A DNA stretch of 64,000 nt, from assembly GCA_048938105.1 (NCBI GenBank), contig JBHLMN010000003.1, forward strand, positions 192,001 through 256,000. The letters are read 5' to 3'. Under the pieces are notes generated by a model. It was not told the origin of the DNA. It did not search any database and was given only the letters and a program-made list of their open reading frames with translations. Every line of letters starts with the position of its first letter. The stretch's first letter is position 1. This stretch comes from Promethearchaeota archaeon (GTDB lineage: Archaea; Asgardarchaeota; Heimdallarchaeia; Hodarchaeales; Hodarchaeaceae). Positions 18,825 to 28,497 of this stretch are shown piece after piece. A program made the position numbers and the translations under genes.

Positions 18825-20543
18825 TTGGTGAGAGTCTTGACTGAAAAAATGACATATGCTGATAAACCTTGGATAAAATCTTACAAGGTTGGACCGTATA
18901 AACTCCCAAAAACTATGAAACCCTATCCTAAAATTCCTGTAACTAAATTTCTTGATGATGCTGCAACAGATTATCCAGATAACATTGCATGTACATTCAT
19001 TGCAGGAGAGTACAAAACAGATTTAACATACTCTGAGTTGAAGCTACAAGTAGATAAACTCGCAACAGCTCTTGATGGTTTAGGAGTGAAAAAAGGGGAT
19101 AGAGTTGCGACCATTCTACCTTCTTGTCCTCAATTCATTATGGCTGATTATGCAATCATGAAACTTGGAGCGGTGCATGTTCCACTCAGTATCTTACATA
19201 AAGCTCCCGAAGTGCTATATGAATTAAAAGAATCTGGCACTGAAACCGTTATATGTTCCTTTAGACGTCTTGAAAGAATTGATGCAATTAAAGATGAGAT
19301 TAAGTTAAAAAATGTGATCTATACACCAATCCCTTTATTTCCTGATTATTCAATCCCTGAAATGATAAAATTACCTGAAATTGTTAATCTACACCGATTT
19401 GAAGATTTAATCAAAAAAAGTGACAGTAATCCTCCAACAGTCGAAATCAATCCAATGGAGGATCTTGCATTACTCCCATTCACAGGGGGAACGACAGGGG
19501 TTCCAAAAGCAACTATGTTAACTCATTATAACATCACGACTAACGTGATTCAGTCAGTCCAGTGGATGATGCATCCTTTACGTGCAGGTATCAAAGGGAA
19601 AGCTGCTGCATTAATCTGTCTCCCCATCTTTCATCAGGCAGGGCATTTTTTGATGCATGCTGGAATTTCATGGGGATTGCGTGGCTTCTTAATTGATGGA
19701 CGGGATCTATTATTAATAATGGATATAATCAATGAGCATCGTCCGTTCATTGTAGGCGGTGTACCAACACATTACATGTTACTACTTGACAATCCAAACC
19801 TAAAAAGGATACCCATTTTCTTCTTCTCTGGTGCAGCTGCTTTACCACATGATGTTGCAGAAAGGTGGGAAAAAAAAGTTGGGACTCCATTGAGCGAGGG
19901 ATATGGTATGACAGAAGCATGCGCTGTTACTCATATGAATCCATCGGGCCTTTCTAAAGTCACTGGTTTTATGTCAAAAGCAAAGAGATCAGTGGGAGTC
20001 CCTGTTGCTGATACAGAGGTGAAAATTATCAATCTAGAGACAGGTGAAGAAGTCCCCTTTGGTGAACCAGGTGAACTGTGGATTCGTGGACCTCAAACTA
20101 TGAGAGGCTACTGGCCAACAGTAGGTAAGGGGTTACAAGAAGGGGGCTGGTTAGCTACTGGTGATGTTGCGAAAATGGATGAGGATGGCTACTTTTACAT
20201 TGTCGACCGCATAAAAGATATGATTAATGTCAGTGGAATGAAGGTCTACTCTCAAACTGTCGATGATGTATTGCATGGCCATCCTGCAGTTAGTGTTGCA
20301 GGTGTGATTGGAGTTCAGGATCCAGAACGTCCAGGTAGTGAGAGAGTTAAAGCATTCGTGGCTCTAAGAGATGATTATAGAGAGAAGATTACTTCTGATG
20401 ACATACTTCAGTATTGCAAGGACAATCTCCCCTCATACGCTGTCCCAAAATATATTGAAGTTAGAGAATTGTTACCACTGACCCCAGTTATGAAACTTGA
20501 TAAGAAAAGATTAAGAGAAGAAGAGAAGTCACAAAAACTATGA
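18825..20543 (+). CDS. Long-chain fatty-acid--CoA ligase (FadD-like)
   Basis: 'FTGGTTGVPK', 'EGYGMTE', 'TGDVAKMDEDGYFYIVDRIKDMI', terminal Lys in 'PVMKLDK'. Confidence 0.93.
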   Translation: MVRVLTEKMTYADKPWIKSYKVGPYKLPKTMKPYPKIPVTKFLDDAATDYPDNIACTFIAGEYKTDLTYSELKLQVDKLATALDGLGVKKGDRVATILPSCPQFIMADYAIMKLGAVHVPLSILHKAPEVLYELKESGTETVICSFRRLERIDAIKDEIKLKNVIYTPIPLFPDYSIPEMIKLPEIVNLHRFEDLIKKSDSNPPTVEINPMEDLALLPFTGGTTGVPKATMLTHYNITTNVIQSVQWMMHPLRAGIKGKAAALICLPIFHQAGHFLMHAGISWGLRGFLIDGRDLLLIMDIINEHRPFIVGGVPTHYMLLLDNPNLKRIPIFFFSGAAALPHDVAERWEKKVGTPLSEGYGMTEACAVTHMNPSGLSKVTGFMSKAKRSVGVPVADTEVKIINLETGEEVPFGEPGELWIRGPQTMRGYWPTVGKGLQEGGWLATGDVAKMDEDGYFYIVDRIKDMINVSGMKVYSQTVDDVLHGHPAVSVAGVIGVQDPERPGSERVKAFVALRDDYREKITSDDILQYCKDNLPSYAVPKYIEVRELLPLTPVMKLDKKRLREEEKSQKL

Positions 20544-20544
20544 G

Positions 20545-20868
20545 ATGCCTCATTTGACTGATATAACAGACCATCGTAGATTTATTCTGATAACAGTAAG
20601 ATTCTTTGCATCTTTCAAACAAATTACAAACAAGCGTGAAAGAGAAATTAATATAGAGGAAGGAACAACCATCCAACAACTCTTAGAGATTTTATTTGAT
20701 CAATATAGCGCATTAAAAGACAAAATTTTCGATGATAATAATGAGATTAGACAGTGGATACAAATTTTAAAAAATGGACGAAATATTAAATTCCTAAATG
20801 GTGTTGAAACTATATTAACAAATGGGGATATAATAGCTCTGTTTCCACCTGTAGCTGGGGGCGTTTAG
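20545..20868 (+). CDS. MoaD/SAMP1-type ubiquitin-like sulfur carrier
   Basis: 'ITVRFFASF...ILKNGRNI...L.NGDIIALFPPVAGGV'; near aor. True start is probably around 20587. Confidence 0.9.
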   Translation: MPHLTDITDHRRFILITVRFFASFKQITNKREREINIEEGTTIQQLLEILFDQYSALKDKIFDDNNEIRQWIQILKNGRNIKFLNGVETILTNGDIIALFPPVAGGV

Positions 20869-21324
20869 ATATCTATAGCGATAATTTGAGGAGAACAGGT
20901 CTTTTAATTTTCATACCGACAATTTCTTGGTTATGATATGTGTTTAGCAAGATGTTCAAAATCGAATCGGCCTTTATCTATCTCATAAAATCATAGAGGA
21001 ACATGGTGGAAATTTATTCGTTAAGAGTGAAGGAACAGATAGTAGAATAGGGAGGGATGATAGAATTATCCTAAAAACAACTCTAATAAATCATTCTTGT
21101 TCTAGATAACATCCAATAAGGGAAATTAGAATTAATTTGACTATCTTTTTATAGTCAGCACGCCTTTTATCTCTAAATGCACATTTTTCAATTATGATAT
21201 CTAAAAATAATTTGGTACGGATGTGTAATGGAAGATCATTGGAAAAAAACCGTATTAAAACACAATACTCTTTGAATTCATTACTAATTACCCAATAATA
21301 AACCAAACTAAGGTAAAAATATAA

Positions 21325-22899
21325 ATGACTCTCAAGCATGCAATTACATTGGAATCCGAGGAAGGCCTTAAAGAACTCCTAGACTTTCTTCGTCAAACAG
21401 GTATTCATTTTTCCTCTGAATACGAAGAGAGAGTAAGTAAGAGGTTAAGAATCGTAGCAGAGATAAACGGTTTCAAGAATTACTTTGAATTACTAAATTT
21501 GTTAAATGTTGACTCACAAACTCGTATAAATCTATTTAATTGGTTAGAAAACGGGAAGGCTTACAATGAAACAGAAAATTCTTTCATTCCTTTAGTTAAG
21601 CGTTATAAAAATCAAGAAAAATACATAGATGCCTCAAAGAAGAAGAGAAAGAAGATAGTAAGTAAAATTAAAATTAATAAATGGGAGAAATCACAAACAG
21701 CTATTGAAAAAGAAGAAATTTGGTCTGAATCAGAAAAAGACTTGAAAAAACTACTAAACTTTTTTAGACGTAAGAAAGTAAATTTCGCATCTAAAGATGA
21801 AGTAAGAATAATTAAACGGTTAAGGCTAATAACAAAGAGACTTGGCCTCAAGAGTTTCTTAGAGTTGTTGAATTTGTTAAGTATTGATCCACAAACTCTT
21901 GAGGGTGTATTGAGCTGGTTGGAAAAAGGAAAAGTCTACAATGAAGAGGTAAATTCGTTCACCCCTCTCATAAGACGAGAGAATATTTTGAAAGACTCTT
22001 TTCCACAAAAAGAAACAAGAACTAAGAGGAAAAAAAAGAAACAAAGAGGGGGTTTTTTGAATTTTTTACCCTCAATTCCTGACCCACCTGATACAAGAAA
22101 CCTTTCGTCAATCTATGACTTTTTGTCCAAAAATGATATTAATTTTGGGGCTTACAAAGAGAAGTACTTCCTAAGGCGCCTACATAGCCGAATGTTGAAA
22201 GTTGATGCGACTACTTATCAAGAGTACCAAGAAATTTTAGAAACTGATCCATCAGAAATTAGTTTGCTTATTGATAATCTATCTATAAATGTAACCCGGT
22301 TTTTTAGAGATAAGGATCTGTGGACTAAACTAAACACAGAAATCCTGCCAATAATTAGTTCAGATATATCTAAATCGATTCGTGTTTGGAGTGCTGGTTG
22401 TGCAATTGGTCCAGAACCCTACAGTATTGCTATACTCATGTTTGACAGATTCAAAAATTCTATTCTAGATAACCTTCAAATTTTAGCAACAGATATCCGT
22501 CAGGAATTTTTGGAACAGGCAAAAGCCGGAATATATTCGAAAGATCTATTAGAAGAAATGAATCCAGTAAAAATCCAAAAATATTTCAAGCCTCTGGGTA
22601 GTGAATTATTCCAACTATCTGTAAACATTCGAAATAAAGTTACGTTCAAATTTCATGATCTTAGAAAATCCCCTCCTTTCCGCAATTTAGATCTAATAAT
22701 ATGTCGCAATGTATTAATCTATTTTTCAAGAACCCAAAGTGAAAAACTTTTTCAGCGCTTTCATTCAGCACTAAATTCGAAAGGGTATCTTGTGCTGGGT
22801 AAATGCGAACTCGTTCCTATACCTGTAAGACATCTATTCACGGTTATTGACGCAAAAACTCGGATTTATCAGCGAAAGAAACTTGAAGATGTCATATAA
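21325..22899 (+). CDS. CheR-family protein-glutamate methyltransferase with duplicated N-terminal extension
   Basis: 'INVTRFFRD', 'RVWSAGCAIGPEPYSIA', 'ATDI', 'DLIICRNVLIYF', 'GYLVLG'; two about 85-aa repeats precede the core. Confidence 0.88.
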   Translation: MTLKHAITLESEEGLKELLDFLRQTGIHFSSEYEERVSKRLRIVAEINGFKNYFELLNLLNVDSQTRINLFNWLENGKAYNETENSFIPLVKRYKNQEKYIDASKKKRKKIVSKIKINKWEKSQTAIEKEEIWSESEKDLKKLLNFFRRKKVNFASKDEVRIIKRLRLITKRLGLKSFLELLNLLSIDPQTLEGVLSWLEKGKVYNEEVNSFTPLIRRENILKDSFPQKETRTKRKKKKQRGGFLNFLPSIPDPPDTRNLSSIYDFLSKNDINFGAYKEKYFLRRLHSRMLKVDATTYQEYQEILETDPSEISLLIDNLSINVTRFFRDKDLWTKLNTEILPIISSDISKSIRVWSAGCAIGPEPYSIAILMFDRFKNSILDNLQILATDIRQEFLEQAKAGIYSKDLLEEMNPVKIQKYFKPLGSELFQLSVNIRNKVTFKFHDLRKSPPFRNLDLIICRNVLIYFSRTQSEKLFQRFHSALNSKGYLVLGKCELVPIPVRHLFTVIDAKTRIYQRKKLEDVI

Positions 22900-22984
22900 T
22901 TTTTCTCCTCAAAAGTCCATGAAAAAAAAGGTTTTTGTCACTATACAATGATTGGGAGTAAAAGAAAAAGAAGGGAAGGATAAA

Positions 22985-24322
22985 TTAAAATCTTGTATCA
23001 GAAACTCCCCACGCCTCCATCGCTCGTACAAGCTCTGGGTATTCTTCTTCATGTTCTTCAACGTAATCTTCGAAGTCCTCACTTGCAGCAGCTAAATCCT
23101 TCATCCCAATATCGATAGCTTGACGGAAAGCTTTAGCTCCAGCAACAGGACCATCAGGATGAGCATGAATCCCTCCACCTGATCCAATCATTATATCTTT
23201 TCCAAGATCCTGCATAACTCTTATAACCATCCCAGGGGTAATTCCACCCGAAGGCATGGGTAGGCTTGGTTTTAAGTGATGCATCCGATAACGGTGAGCT
23301 TTTGCAATACCAAGATATTTTTCTTTTAAATAGGGAGCTTTTCCATAAGGTGCTGGATAAACAACAATATCAGCTCCAGCTAACCTAGCAAGCTTTCCCA
23401 TTATTAGAAAAGATGAAACTCCTGAATATGGCGACTCATAAAAAGCTCCAGCGAAGTCCATATGAGCGAGAATTGGCAATTTGACTTCTTTATCTTCTGC
23501 TAACATCCTCAATGCAGGAAGCCCAACGACTAAATAATTCAGCATTAATGCGTTTCCTCCAACATCTTGGACAGCTAACGCGTTTTCCTTTAATTTTGTG
23601 ATTTTATCGGTAATATTCACAGTATAAAGAGTTTCCTCTCCCGTTTCTTCCCGCACTTTGTCTACTGCTTCCATCATGATAGGAACTCTATCACTTATCT
23701 TATTATAATCCATATCAGCGATAAGTTCATCATCTTTGACAACATCACACCCACCTAAAGCAGCGGAATAAAATAACTGTGCTCCTACCTCTGGAGTCCA
23801 ACCACTACATGGCTTGATCATATTATTTAATAGAGGACGATCTGGAACTTTAAGCAACTTTCGAATTCCTGTGATACCAAATTTCGGTCCTTTAAAATTC
23901 TTGATCCACTTTTTAGGAAATCGAAGATCCAATAATTTTAACTTCCCACCCATTGAAATGTTCCCAATGGTAGCTGTTAGCATGAGGCCAATCTGATCTG
24001 TTTGATTAATAGCAGGAAAAGCGATTTGGTAGATGTAATTACGTTCCTCAACGTTTTTAGGAACTTCAAACTCGTATGAGGGAACCTCATAAAGACCAAT
24101 TACTTTAGCACCAAATTTTGATCGCAATTCAGGAGTGTTAGCAGGGACAGGTACCCAGGTACCAGTTGACTGCTCACAGGCAGCAGCTCTCCCTATAAAC
24201 CAAGGATCCATCCTAGGTCCAAGTTGAACCATATAAGTACCAATAATGTATTCTTCAGGATTGATACCCTCTTGAAGAGCTTCTTCAATATGATCATACT
24301 GAGTAAAAATATCCTTAGACAT
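22985..24322 (-). CDS. RuBisCO-like protein (form IV)
   Basis: 'ACEQSTGTW', 'GPKFGI.GIR', 'MIKPC', 'DVVKDDE', 'LAHMD', 'PSGG', 'GGGIHAHPDG'. Substitutions at K177, R295 and H327 equivalents. ATG start at 24322. Confidence 0.9.
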   Translation of the reverse strand: MSKDIFTQYDHIEEALQEGINPEEYIIGTYMVQLGPRMDPWFIGRAAACEQSTGTWVPVPANTPELRSKFGAKVIGLYEVPSYEFEVPKNVEERNYIYQIAFPAINQTDQIGLMLTATIGNISMGGKLKLLDLRFPKKWIKNFKGPKFGITGIRKLLKVPDRPLLNNMIKPCSGWTPEVGAQLFYSAALGGCDVVKDDELIADMDYNKISDRVPIMMEAVDKVREETGEETLYTVNITDKITKLKENALAVQDVGGNALMLNYLVVGLPALRMLAEDKEVKLPILAHMDFAGAFYESPYSGVSSFLIMGKLARLAGADIVVYPAPYGKAPYLKEKYLGIAKAHRYRMHHLKPSLPMPSGGITPGMVIRVMQDLGKDIMIGSGGGIHAHPDGPVAGAKAFRQAIDIGMKDLAAASEDFEDYVEEHEEEYPELVRAMEAWGVSDTRF

Positions 24323-24471
24323 GTTTTCAACACCAAGATAATAAGAGTTGGATAGGAAATTAAGGTTTTTCATTTGAGATGAATACTAGTGGAAAGTTTT
24401 ATCAAATATTAAGTTCGTATCTACTGGTTATTAAACCTCATTTTGAATAAATCCTCTGCAGGTGTAAAAAA

Positions 24472-27400
24472 GTGTTCCGAAAGATCATAGGAGGAGTAGG
24501 GTTCTTAATCATTGTGTTCTTACTGTTAGGCTCAATTGAAGGCTTAATTTTTTATCAAACTCATCCGAATAATCTATCTCAGTTATCAGATCCAAGTATT
24601 GAATGTAATTCCGAAAAATACACTGAAAAAGAATCCCCAACAGAAGATTCTGTTAGTAATAACTTCAGATACACCCCCTTTGAGTACATGTATCCAGTAA
24701 ATCCCAAAATTCGGCCGCCTCTCGCAAGTATTAAGTCAAGTGCTCCTACTAGCAAGAAAAGCGATGTTACGACTGGAACTGTCAAAATTGCGGTTTTACT
24801 GGTTGGTTTTAGTAATGTGAGCTTTGATAGCGCTCATAATTCAAATTATTACGCAAATCTCATTTTCAATCATAGTAATCCAAAGAGCGTTGCTAGCTAT
24901 TATTGGGAGAATTCGTATGGACAATTGAATATAACGGGAGAAATAATTGGAGGAATCTACCTCTCCTCGCATACTAGTCGCTATTGGGGGGAAGATTCAG
25001 CATCAGGAAACGTTTTTCCACAGGTTGATGACAAGAATGACTACATCTATAATTTAGTCGTTGAAGGAGTTCAACTCGCTGATCCAAATGTTAATTTTAC
25101 GAGGTTTGACGTAAACAGAGACAGTATCGTCGATTATCTACTAGTTGTTCATGCTGGAGACGCTCAGGAAAGCACTGGAGTTTCCAATCACATTTGGTCT
25201 CATCGTTGGAGTGTTCAAACAAAATGTGTTGTTGATAGAGTTGTAGTGAAAGATTATACAATGTGTGCTGAAACTTCTCCAATGGGAACTTTTGCCCATG
25301 AATTAGGGCACGCAATCGGGAATCTACCTGATTTATATGACACTGATTATTCTTCTGATGGAATTGGACGTTGGGGACTTATGGGAGCAGGAGCATGGAA
25401 TTACAATGATACATTAGGCTCAGGAGAAAAACCTGGAGACACACCAGCCCATTTTTGTGCATGGTCGAAGATAAAAATGGGATGGCTTATACCTACTATT
25501 GTTACAACTAACCTATTTGGAAAAACTCTTCCAGCTATTGAGACATCAAATCATGATAGTGTAATGAAGATATTTTTATCAAATGATACAAATAGTGTGT
25601 CTCTGCGTGAGTATTTTTTAGTCTGTTTTCGCAATCAAACTGGCTTTGATAGTGCACTCCCAGGTTCAGGTATCCTTATTTGGCATATTGATGAATGTAA
25701 CATTTATGAAGGGAATGATGGAGAAAAACGAAAACTTGTTGATTTGGAAGAGGCAGATGCTATCGACCCGATGGGCATTATATGGGAACAGCTTGACTAT
25801 TATCATAGCCAGCCAGGAGGAGTTCAAAATCCTGATGATGAAGGGAATATTACTGACCCTTGGTCACCTGGAACGGTTTTCTCTTGGGGATCTGCTCCAA
25901 ATAGTGATAGTAATGATGGTATAAAGACTTATATCAATATAAGTGTCAATACATTGAATGAAATCGATATTTCCGTTGCCTATGATCCATTTCCTTGGGA
26001 TTATACATTATTTTTGATGGATCAAACAGCTATTAATATTAACGATGATGAACCTTCTATTATAGAACATAGCTCAGGCAGCTTCTCTGTAGTTTGGCAA
26101 ACTAATAGAACGGGTGATTGGGACATCTATGGCTCCCAAACTGGGGATGCAGGCCAGACATGGAGTTCTGCAATTCCAATTACATCAAATTCGTCAGATG
26201 ATTATAGTCCCTCACTAATTTATTGGTATCCTCCTGCATATTGGGCTCGCACATTTGTCCCAGACATAGTAAGTAGACCTATTCCTGCAGGAGATATAAG
26301 TTTAAATACTCAACCACCATTACACTACATTGTAGCATTTGTATCTGACCGAACTGGTAATCCTGAGATATTTATCACAATAAGTCCAGATTTTAAAAAC
26401 AACTCATGGAGTCAACCAGTTCAAATAACAAATGATTCGGCTTATGATTTAGATCCGTGTTTAATTCAAACACCTAGTGGAGATTTGGGCTTATTCTGGG
26501 CTTCTAATCGGACTGGTAATTATGAAATCTACTTCATTGAAGAACCATGGAATACCTCAAATATTGTACAAGTCACTAATAATCTCGATTTAGATCGTGG
26601 TCCTTCTTATTGTCTTTCACAGAATAATACTCACCTGGTGGCATTTGAACGAAAAGTGGGGGGTACCTCTAACATTCACCTTCTTAGTTCAACAGATTTA
26701 ACTTCGTGGATTTCCTCTTCGATTACATGTACAAATCCCTTGGTTGATTCAACTGAACCTTCACTTGTTGAACGTGAGGATGGATCATTATTAATCGCCT
26801 TCACTCAAACTTCTGGATCAAACGAGAAAATTTGTCAAGTTATTTCTTCTAATTGGATCAACTGGTCTCCTCATTTGGTTATGGGCATCCCCAAAAATGC
26901 TAGTAGTCCATCATTAATAGAAGCGAAGTGTGGGGCTTTATTCATGGCATATACAACGTATGATGTTAACCTTATCCCACATGTGTACTTAATTCATACT
27001 ACTTTATGCTACCGTTTTGGTGTAGGGATAGATTATCCTCGTGATACTGGTACCTCATTTTTTAATCCATCTCATGTTGAACAAGGCTCAAACTGGGTCT
27101 TTACAGGAGAAATGCGATTAAATCTATCGGATGCAGCTATACCTGCTAATAATGCTTCAATAGTCGTCACGGATACTAGAAACACTTGGGACGAGAGTGA
27201 TGATGAGATTATCTTTAATATCCAGTTAAAACAGGAAGACTATCCACAGTTTCTACCAATACTTGATCCAGTGATTGGTGTAGGAGCTTTCACTATTCCT
27301 TTAGATGAATTTCAAGTACATTTTGGAAAATTACCAACAGGAACCATTCTTCATTTTCGGATAGGTTGGTTTTATAAAGATTTTAATGAACAATCAAAAA

Positions 27401-28452
27401 ACATAACAGGATCTATCTATATCGAATTATTAATTCCTCAGGATCATATCCAATTTGAAGGAAATATTCCAACTCCAACGACGGTTGATTATCCTTTATC
27501 AATTCAAGCACCAATTATCCAAGGATATGTTAATTATGGTGTTGAATCTGTAACTCTTGCATTATATGATACTGCAGATGAACCCCCACCCCTCCCTGAA
27601 AATGGTTTGCATTCTCAACCTCCATTTGGGAGTACTTCTAAAAGAAATATTGTGTCTTGTTCTCAAAAAGCTATCTCAAACGCCATTGTTACTCTGTATT
27701 CTCAACAAACCATTGTTTTTACTGAATTAACAAAAGTCAAAGGTGTTTGGACAACATATCTTCCGAATCTAAGAGACGATACAATTACCAGAGTTGTGGC
27801 TACCTCAAATGGAATATATCCCCGGAAAACTGCAGAACTCTTTGTCCAAAAATCTCCATGGGATACTAATCCTCCTCAATTAATTCATATTAAGCCAATT
27901 ACGACTCAAACTGAAGAAATGCCAATTGTATTTTCAGAACAGATAACCGATGATCAAGGAGTCTATAATTACGGTATTGATAATACCTCTGTTACATTTT
28001 CTTATAATGTATTGAATAACCAAGAATCATGGATTGAGGTTTCATACTCCGCTAGTGATCCAAATTGGTCCAAAATCGGTAATATATACAATTACACCCT
28101 CAGTTTGAGCGAATCAGATGATCCGATATATATTACATACTACTGGTCAGCTAGTGACTTAGCATACCCAAGTAATCATGCCACTGATGGAAATCAAGAA
28201 ACACCATATTATATAGGAATATATCAAAGGGAAACTGAAATTTATACGACTACAATCACTGATATTACTACAAAAACACTTCAAAATACAACGACTATTA
28301 CAGTCCCCACTACTGTCTCTTTAAATGCTACTTCTGTTACTTCTACTACTAGTGCCACCACAAAACCAGGCCCAGCAATTGGATTCGAATTCTTGGTGAT
28401 TATTGGGACACTTGGAACAACCATAGTTGTCTGTAGAAAGAAACGTCATTAA
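24472..28452 (+). CDS. Secreted M6-family (immune inhibitor A-like) metalloprotease with PD40-like propeller repeats and C-terminal anchor
   Basis: 'YYWENSYG', 'HAG', 'IWSHRW', 'FAHELGHAIGNLPDLYD', 'WGLMG.G', 'GILIWHID'; repeats 'TNRTGDWDIY/SDRTGNPEIF/SNRTGNYEIY'; Thr-rich linker plus 'GFEF'-TM-RKKRH. Confidence 0.9.
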   Translation: MFRKIIGGVGFLIIVFLLLGSIEGLIFYQTHPNNLSQLSDPSIECNSEKYTEKESPTEDSVSNNFRYTPFEYMYPVNPKIRPPLASIKSSAPTSKKSDVTTGTVKIAVLLVGFSNVSFDSAHNSNYYANLIFNHSNPKSVASYYWENSYGQLNITGEIIGGIYLSSHTSRYWGEDSASGNVFPQVDDKNDYIYNLVVEGVQLADPNVNFTRFDVNRDSIVDYLLVVHAGDAQESTGVSNHIWSHRWSVQTKCVVDRVVVKDYTMCAETSPMGTFAHELGHAIGNLPDLYDTDYSSDGIGRWGLMGAGAWNYNDTLGSGEKPGDTPAHFCAWSKIKMGWLIPTIVTTNLFGKTLPAIETSNHDSVMKIFLSNDTNSVSLREYFLVCFRNQTGFDSALPGSGILIWHIDECNIYEGNDGEKRKLVDLEEADAIDPMGIIWEQLDYYHSQPGGVQNPDDEGNITDPWSPGTVFSWGSAPNSDSNDGIKTYINISVNTLNEIDISVAYDPFPWDYTLFLMDQTAININDDEPSIIEHSSGSFSVVWQTNRTGDWDIYGSQTGDAGQTWSSAIPITSNSSDDYSPSLIYWYPPAYWARTFVPDIVSRPIPAGDISLNTQPPLHYIVAFVSDRTGNPEIFITISPDFKNNSWSQPVQITNDSAYDLDPCLIQTPSGDLGLFWASNRTGNYEIYFIEEPWNTSNIVQVTNNLDLDRGPSYCLSQNNTHLVAFERKVGGTSNIHLLSSTDLTSWISSSITCTNPLVDSTEPSLVEREDGSLLIAFTQTSGSNEKICQVISSNWINWSPHLVMGIPKNASSPSLIEAKCGALFMAYTTYDVNLIPHVYLIHTTLCYRFGVGIDYPRDTGTSFFNPSHVEQGSNWVFTGEMRLNLSDAAIPANNASIVVTDTRNTWDESDDEIIFNIQLKQEDYPQFLPILDPVIGVGAFTIPLDEFQVHFGKLPTGTILHFRIGWFYKDFNEQSKNITGSIYIELLIPQDHIQFEGNIPTPTTVDYPLSIQAPIIQGYVNYGVESVTLALYDTADEPPPLPENGLHSQPPFGSTSKRNIVSCSQKAISNAIVTLYSQQTIVFTELTKVKGVWTTYLPNLRDDTITRVVATSNGIYPRKTAELFVQKSPWDTNPPQLIHIKPITTQTEEMPIVFSEQITDDQGVYNYGIDNTSVTFSYNVLNNQESWIEVSYSASDPNWSKIGNIYNYTLSLSESDDPIYITYYWSASDLAYPSNHATDGNQETPYYIGIYQRETEIYTTTITDITTKTLQNTTTITVPTTVSLNATSVTSTTSATTKPGPAIGFEFLVIIGTLGTTIVVCRKKRH

Positions 28453-28497
28453 TTTCAAGTCCCTCCTTTTTCTTTTAAAAAAGAAAGACCTATTTGG

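Noticed and set aside
21091-21339. 82-aa minus-strand ORF
   Set aside because: No motif, AT-rich intergenic composition, overlaps the cheR start.
22985-24322. Bona fide CO2-fixing RuBisCO
   Set aside because: K177, R295 and H327 equivalents are substituted.
28240-28365. ACT/ACA-rich tract as a DNA tandem repeat
   Set aside because: It simply encodes the Thr-rich stalk of the protease.
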